From NCBI GenBank assembly GCA_963815645.1, contig CAWFHL010000004.1:141416-205415 (forward strand): a stretch of DNA of 64,000 bases, written 5' to 3'. Both the position numbers and the translations under genes were made by a program. How positions within the stretch are numbered: the first letter of the stretch is position 1; each line of letters starts with the position of its first letter. The DNA is from an uncultured Actinomycetes bacterium (GTDB lineage: Bacteria > Actinomycetota > Thermoleophilia > Solirubrobacterales > 70-9). Under the pieces are notes generated by a model. The model had not been told where the DNA came from and searched no databases. It saw only the letters and a program-made list of their open reading frames with translations. Below are positions 60,141 to 64,000 of the stretch, piece after piece.

Positions 60141-60675
60141 ATGCTCGTCGTCCTCGCCTGCCTTGGCGCGGTCGCCTTCACACCCGACCTGCGCCGGGCG
60201 CTTCACCGTCGCCGCTCGCGGCGGGCGCGCCCCAGCCAGGCCCCCCGCGTATGACCCGGGCCGCGAGCGCCGGGCGGAGGTCAAGGCGCGCAGCCTGCTG
60301 CGCTCGGTGGTCGGCGAGGAGGCCTTCGCGATGTACTCCGAGCTGGGCTTCATCCGGGTCGGCGCCGGGCGCGGGCGCTACGGGTACCTCCTCTATCCCC
60401 ACCGCTCGATCATCGCCTTCGACGAGCGCAGCGGAGCGCTCCTCAACGAGTACTGCGTGCGCTTCCCTGACTCCAGCGACCCGGCGGCCGGGACAAGGCT
60501 CCCCGACTCCGACGACGTCCTGGCGAAGTGGATGGCGCTCCACGGGGACGAGCGCCGCCTGATCGCCGACGCCAACATGCACCTTCCCGGGCGCCACGTC
60601 GATCCCGGCCAGGTGCGGCGCGACCTCCGCCGGCTGCGGGCTTGGGAGGGCCGGCGACGGCGAGTCGCCCAATAG
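60141..60675 (+). CDS. Hypothetical protein, probably N-terminally membrane-anchored; one frame break as sequenced
   Basis: The body is ORF 60130..60675 (..SLLRSVVGEEAFAMYSELGFIRVG..YLLYPHRSIIAFDE..). A TM-helix N-terminus MLVVLACLGAVAFTPDLRRALHRRR is read from ATG 60141 in another frame and ends at TGA 60252. The frames meet at a C7 run at 60240..60246. Confidence 0.45.
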
Positions 60676-60685
60676 GCTGGGGCAG

Positions 60686-62384
60686 ATGAGCAACGACGGC
60701 TCCACCACCGCCACCCGCCTGCCACGGCCGCGCTCGGCGGCTGTCTTCGACGGGCCCGACCGCGCGCACTCGCGCGCGTACATGAAGGGGGTCGGCTTCG
60801 ATGACGAGGCGCTCAGCCGGCCGACGATCGGCCTCGCCAACACCTGGGCCGAGGCCAACTCCTGCAACTTTCACCTGCGCGGCCTCGCCGAGCACGTCAA
60901 GCGTGGTGTCCGCGCCGCCGGCGGCACTCCGATGGAGTTCAACACGGTCGCGATCTCCGACGGGATCACGATGGGCACTCAGGGGATGAAGGCCTCGCTC
61001 GTCAGCCGTGAGGTGATCGCCGATTCGATCGAGTTGATGGCGCGCGGCTACCAGTTCGACGCGATCGTCGCCCTCTGCGCCTGCGACAAGACGATCCCCG
61101 GCTGCGCGATGGCGCTGGCGCGGCTCGACATCCCCTCGGTGGTCCTCTACGGCGGCTCGATCGCCCCCGGCCACTGGCACGGACGCGACGTCACCATTCT
61201 CGACATCTTCGAGGCGATGGGCGCCCATAACGCGGGCGACATCAGCGACGAGGAGCTGAACGAGCTGGAGGCGGTCGCCAGTCCCGGCGCGGGGGCCTGC
61301 GGGGGACAGTTCACCGCCAACACGATGGCCTGCGCCTTCGAGGCCCTCGGCGTCAGCGCGGGTGGCTCGGCGATGGTTCCGGCCGAGGACGACGAGAAGG
61401 GCACAGTTGCGGAGAAGATCGGCGAGCTGGTGATCAGGGTGCTGACCGAGGACATCCGGCCGAGCAGGGTGATCACCCGCGACTCGCTCGAGAACGCGAT
61501 CGCCTGCGTCTGCGCCTCGGGTGGCTCGACCAACGCGGTCCTGCATCTGATCGCCCTTGCCCGCGAGCTCGAGATCGAGCTGACCATGGGCGACTTCGAG
61601 CGCATATCCCGGGCGACGCCGCTATATGCCGACCTCAAGCCCGGTGGTCGGTTCGTCGCCACCGACCTCTACGCCGCCGGCGGCGTGCCGGTGATCCTCA
61701 AACGCCTCGCCGGCAGGGGCATCCTCCACACCGAAGCGCTCACGGTCACGGGCCGCACGATCGGCGAAGAGGCCGAGGCAGCCACCGAGGCCCCCGGCCA
61801 GGAGGTCGTCCGCCCGCTCGAGGATCCGCTCAAGCCCGAGGGAGGCCTCGCGATCCTCAGCGGCAACCTCGCACCCGAAGGGGCGGTGGTGAAGGTCGCC
61901 GGCACCGAGCGCCGCCGGCAGACCGGGCCGGCCCGGGTCTTCGAGTCCGAGGAGGAGTGCTTCCGGGCGGTCAAGGCCCAGCAGATCAATGAGGGCGACA
62001 TCGTCGTGATCCGCAACGAGGGGCCCGGCCGGCGGACCCGGCATGCGGGAGATGCTCCAGGTGACCGCGGCGATCGTCGGCGAGGGTCTCGGCGAGAGCG
62101 TCGCGATGGTCACCGACGGCCGCTTCTCCGGCGCGACCCGCGGCCTGATGATCGGCCACGTCGCGCCCGAGGCGGCCAAGGGCGGGCCGATCGGCGCGAT
62201 CCACGAGGGAGACGAGATCACCATTGATATCGACTCCCGGAGCCTGACGATTGACCTCAGCGACGAGGAGATCGCCGAGCGGGTCGCTGCCTACGAATCG
62301 CCTCCCTCTCCCTTCGGGCCGGGCGTGATGGCCAAGTACGCGGCCACCGTCTCCAGCGCCTCGGAGGGCGCGGTCACCGGCTGA
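60686..62384 (+). CDS. ilvD: Dihydroxy-acid dehydratase; one frame break as sequenced
   Basis: [43 protein letters not shown], then after ~62027 [33 protein letters not shown] (ORF 62043..62384). Confidence 0.9.
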
Positions 62385-62758
62385 GCTTCCACCCCCCCGG
62401 GCGGATCGAGCCGGTTGCGACCCGCGCTGAACAGGAAGATCGCGTGCCCGTCGGGGTCGCGGGCGATCGCTTCCCGCCACAGGTAGGGCATGTCGGTCGG
62501 GTCCTGCTCGAACTCGATCCCCCTCTCCTTCAGCTCCGCCACGGTGGCGTCGACGTCCTCGCACTCAAAGTGGACACTGAACCCCTCGGCGCACACCTCG
62601 CGGCCCCGCGACTCGAGCGAGAGTGTCGAGTGCCCGCGGGGAGAGATGAATCGCGCGTAGCCCTCGTCGGCGACGATCTGCCGCAGCCCAAGCATGCGGA
62701 AGAAGGACACCGATCGGTCGAGGTCCGAAACAACCAGGGTGAAATGGTTGAGCCTCAA
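62374..62758 (-). CDS. Glyoxalase/bleomycin-resistance (VOC) family protein
   Basis: TTG start at 62758 ([25 protein letters not shown]...), ..[10 protein letters not shown]. As sequenced the frame runs on to 62291 antisense to ilvD. A 1-nt change in the C7/G7 run at 62392..62398 would give a stop at 62374. Confidence 0.65.
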
Positions 62759-62769
62759 GCTCCCGGCTC

Positions 62770-63685
62770 TCAGCTCTCGAGGAACTCGTCCAGCACCCGG
62801 TTGAAGCGGGAGGGGCGCTCCAGCTGCGGCAGGTGGCCGGTGCGCTCGAAGATCTCCAGCCGGGAGTGGGGGATGCGGCGGTGGTAGCTGAGGCCGGCCT
62901 GAACGGGGACGATGCGGTCGTTGAACCCCCAGAGGACCAGGGTCGGGATCTCGATCTCGCCGGCGCGGTCGCGGAGGTCGTAGCCGATCAGCTTCCGCAG
63001 CGCGTCGGCGAAGCCTGGGCTGCGCAACGCCGGCTCGACCTGCTCGTAGAGCAGCTCGGGACTGAGCCGGTTCGGGTGGCGGAAGATCCCGCGGAAGGCG
63101 AGGTAGCGGGCTCTGGGCCGCACCAGCCCGGCCCGGTTGAAGCGGGCCGATGACCGGCCCGCTCATCTGCGCGAGCCTTCCGAGCAGCGCCGCCGGCTCG
63201 CTGCGGGCCTGGGCCCGGGTCATCCCGGCCGCCGAGACCAGGACCAGCCGCTCGAAGCGCTGCGGTTGCTGGATCACCGCCTCGGTCGAGACGAAGCCGC
63301 CCATCGAGTTGCCGACCACGCCCGCACAGCGCTCGATCCCGAGCTTCTCGCAGAAGTCGTGCAGCAGGCGGCCGTAGGCGGGGATGTCGATGTCCCAGGC
63401 GGGCATCGGGCTGTCGCCGAAGCCCGGCAGGTCGAGCGCGATCGCCCGGTAGGTTCGGCCGAAATGGGGCAGGTTCTCGAGCCAGTTCTGCCAGCAGCCG
63501 GAGAGCCCGTGGACGAAGAGCAGCGGCTCGCCCTCGCCGATCTCGACGTAGTTGACCGAGGTCCCCGGCAGCTCGACCCGGCGCAGGTGCCGGCGCCACT
63601 CGACCTGCCGCCACTCCGGGTCGGGGTTGCCGTAGTCGCCGGCCGGCCTGTCGGGCGGGCCGGTCAGGGTGGTGGCCTCACGCAT
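62770..63685 (-). CDS. Alpha/beta-fold hydrolase; one frame break as sequenced
   Basis: LLFVHGLSG, GNSMGG (nucleophile elbow), then after ~63149 ..PTLVLWGFNDRIVP...TGHLPQLERP (ORF 62770..63123). The 464-aa ORF 62291..63685 is a read-through artefact. Confidence 0.8.
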
Positions 63686-64000
63686 AGCCCATCCGCTCGA
63701 GGATCGGGATCTCGCGGATCTGCGGTGGCTGGAGGTGGTCCCAGAGGATCCCGCGGGGGCGCTCGTGGCTGCGCTCGACCTCGATCACCGCACGCGGGGT
63801 GGCGATCACGTCGACCGGGAGATCGTGGGCCGTGGTCTGCAGGTGCTCGCGGAGGATCTGGATCGGGTGCACTGTCGTGGCGACGGTGGTGTGATCGTCG
63901 ATCTTGCCGGCGTCGATCAGGATCCCGTACTCGAGATCGGAGAAACCGCCGCCCTTGCCCACCCGGGCGCCGCTGAGGTTGACGGCGACCGCGCCGCAGA
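63678..64000 (-). CDS. 5-formyltetrahydrofolate cyclo-ligase-family protein, C-terminal part (gene continues beyond the window)
   Basis: ..GARVGKGGGFSDLEYGIL...TTVHPIQI... Its stop overlaps the hydrolase start by 8 nt. Family assignment from memory of the GKGGG(Y/F)SDLE motif. Confidence 0.5.
   Translation of the reverse strand, partial: CGAVAVNLSGARVGKGGGFSDLEYGILIDAGKIDDHTTVATTVHPIQILREHLQTTAHDLPVDVIATPRAVIEVERSHERPRGILWDHLQPPQIREIPILERMGYA

Noticed and set aside
62291-63685. 464-aa minus-strand ORF suggesting a hydrolase-glyoxalase fusion
   Set aside because: After the frame break at ~63149 the correct hydrolase frame ends at TGA 62770. The VOC gene has its own TTG start at 62758. The long ORF is a wrong-frame read-through of Arg/Pro-rich low-complexity translation.
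1-64000. tRNA, rRNA, tmRNA, SRP RNA or RNase P RNA genes
   Set aside because: Intergenic regions are short. The few longer ones (10147..10400, 14231..14386, 38079..38180, 38664..38839, 42480..43016, 56200..56332) show no cloverleaf or conserved-core features that I can recognise by eye. A covariance-model scan would be needed to exclude small RNAs formally.

Overview
This is a high-GC (about 70%) bacterial chromosomal window. Gene content and order fit a Gram-positive or actinobacterial-type core region. My guess is a deep-branching actinobacterium (Thermoleophilia or Rubrobacteria-like), which I cannot verify without a database. I can support about 70 protein genes. I found no rRNA, tRNA, CRISPR array, transposase, integrase or prophage genes.

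Main blocks:
- fetAB-like ABC exporter, an FG-GAP protein, an MFS transporter and trpS
- scpA-scpB-rluB
- an aromatic amino-acid block: aroH-hisC-aroG-tyrA-aroA
- cmk-der-metK
- priA-def-fmt-rsmB-rpe
- a minus-strand GT2 / flippase-like / K+/H+ antiporter operon
- ribD-ribE-ribBA-ribH
- a long conserved run: rpmB-yloV-recG-rsmD-coaD ... yceD-rpmF-plsX-acpP-rnc-smc-ftsY, then ffh-rpsP-KH-trmD-rplS-lepB-rnhB-(yraN)-comM-dprA-thiD, then ilvD

I did not find a convincing novel multi-gene system; most of the window is ordinary housekeeping DNA.

The points worth a second look are:
1. About 45-50 single-base reading-frame breaks inside otherwise well-conserved, often essential genes. They cluster strongly at 32-48 kb and 56-63 kb. 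Consensus indel errors are the most likely cause.
2. A previously unannotated intergenic repeat of about 60 nt with two hairpins, present at three loci. It supplies the 3' ends of two genes.
3. An smc gene of only about 790 codons with no recognisable hinge.
4. rplS and lepB lying in one uninterrupted frame.
5. A perfect palindrome at the ribD start, with no FMN riboswitch.

All coordinates of frame breaks are approximate (about +/-10 nt). All functional calls come from motif recognition by eye, not from searches.
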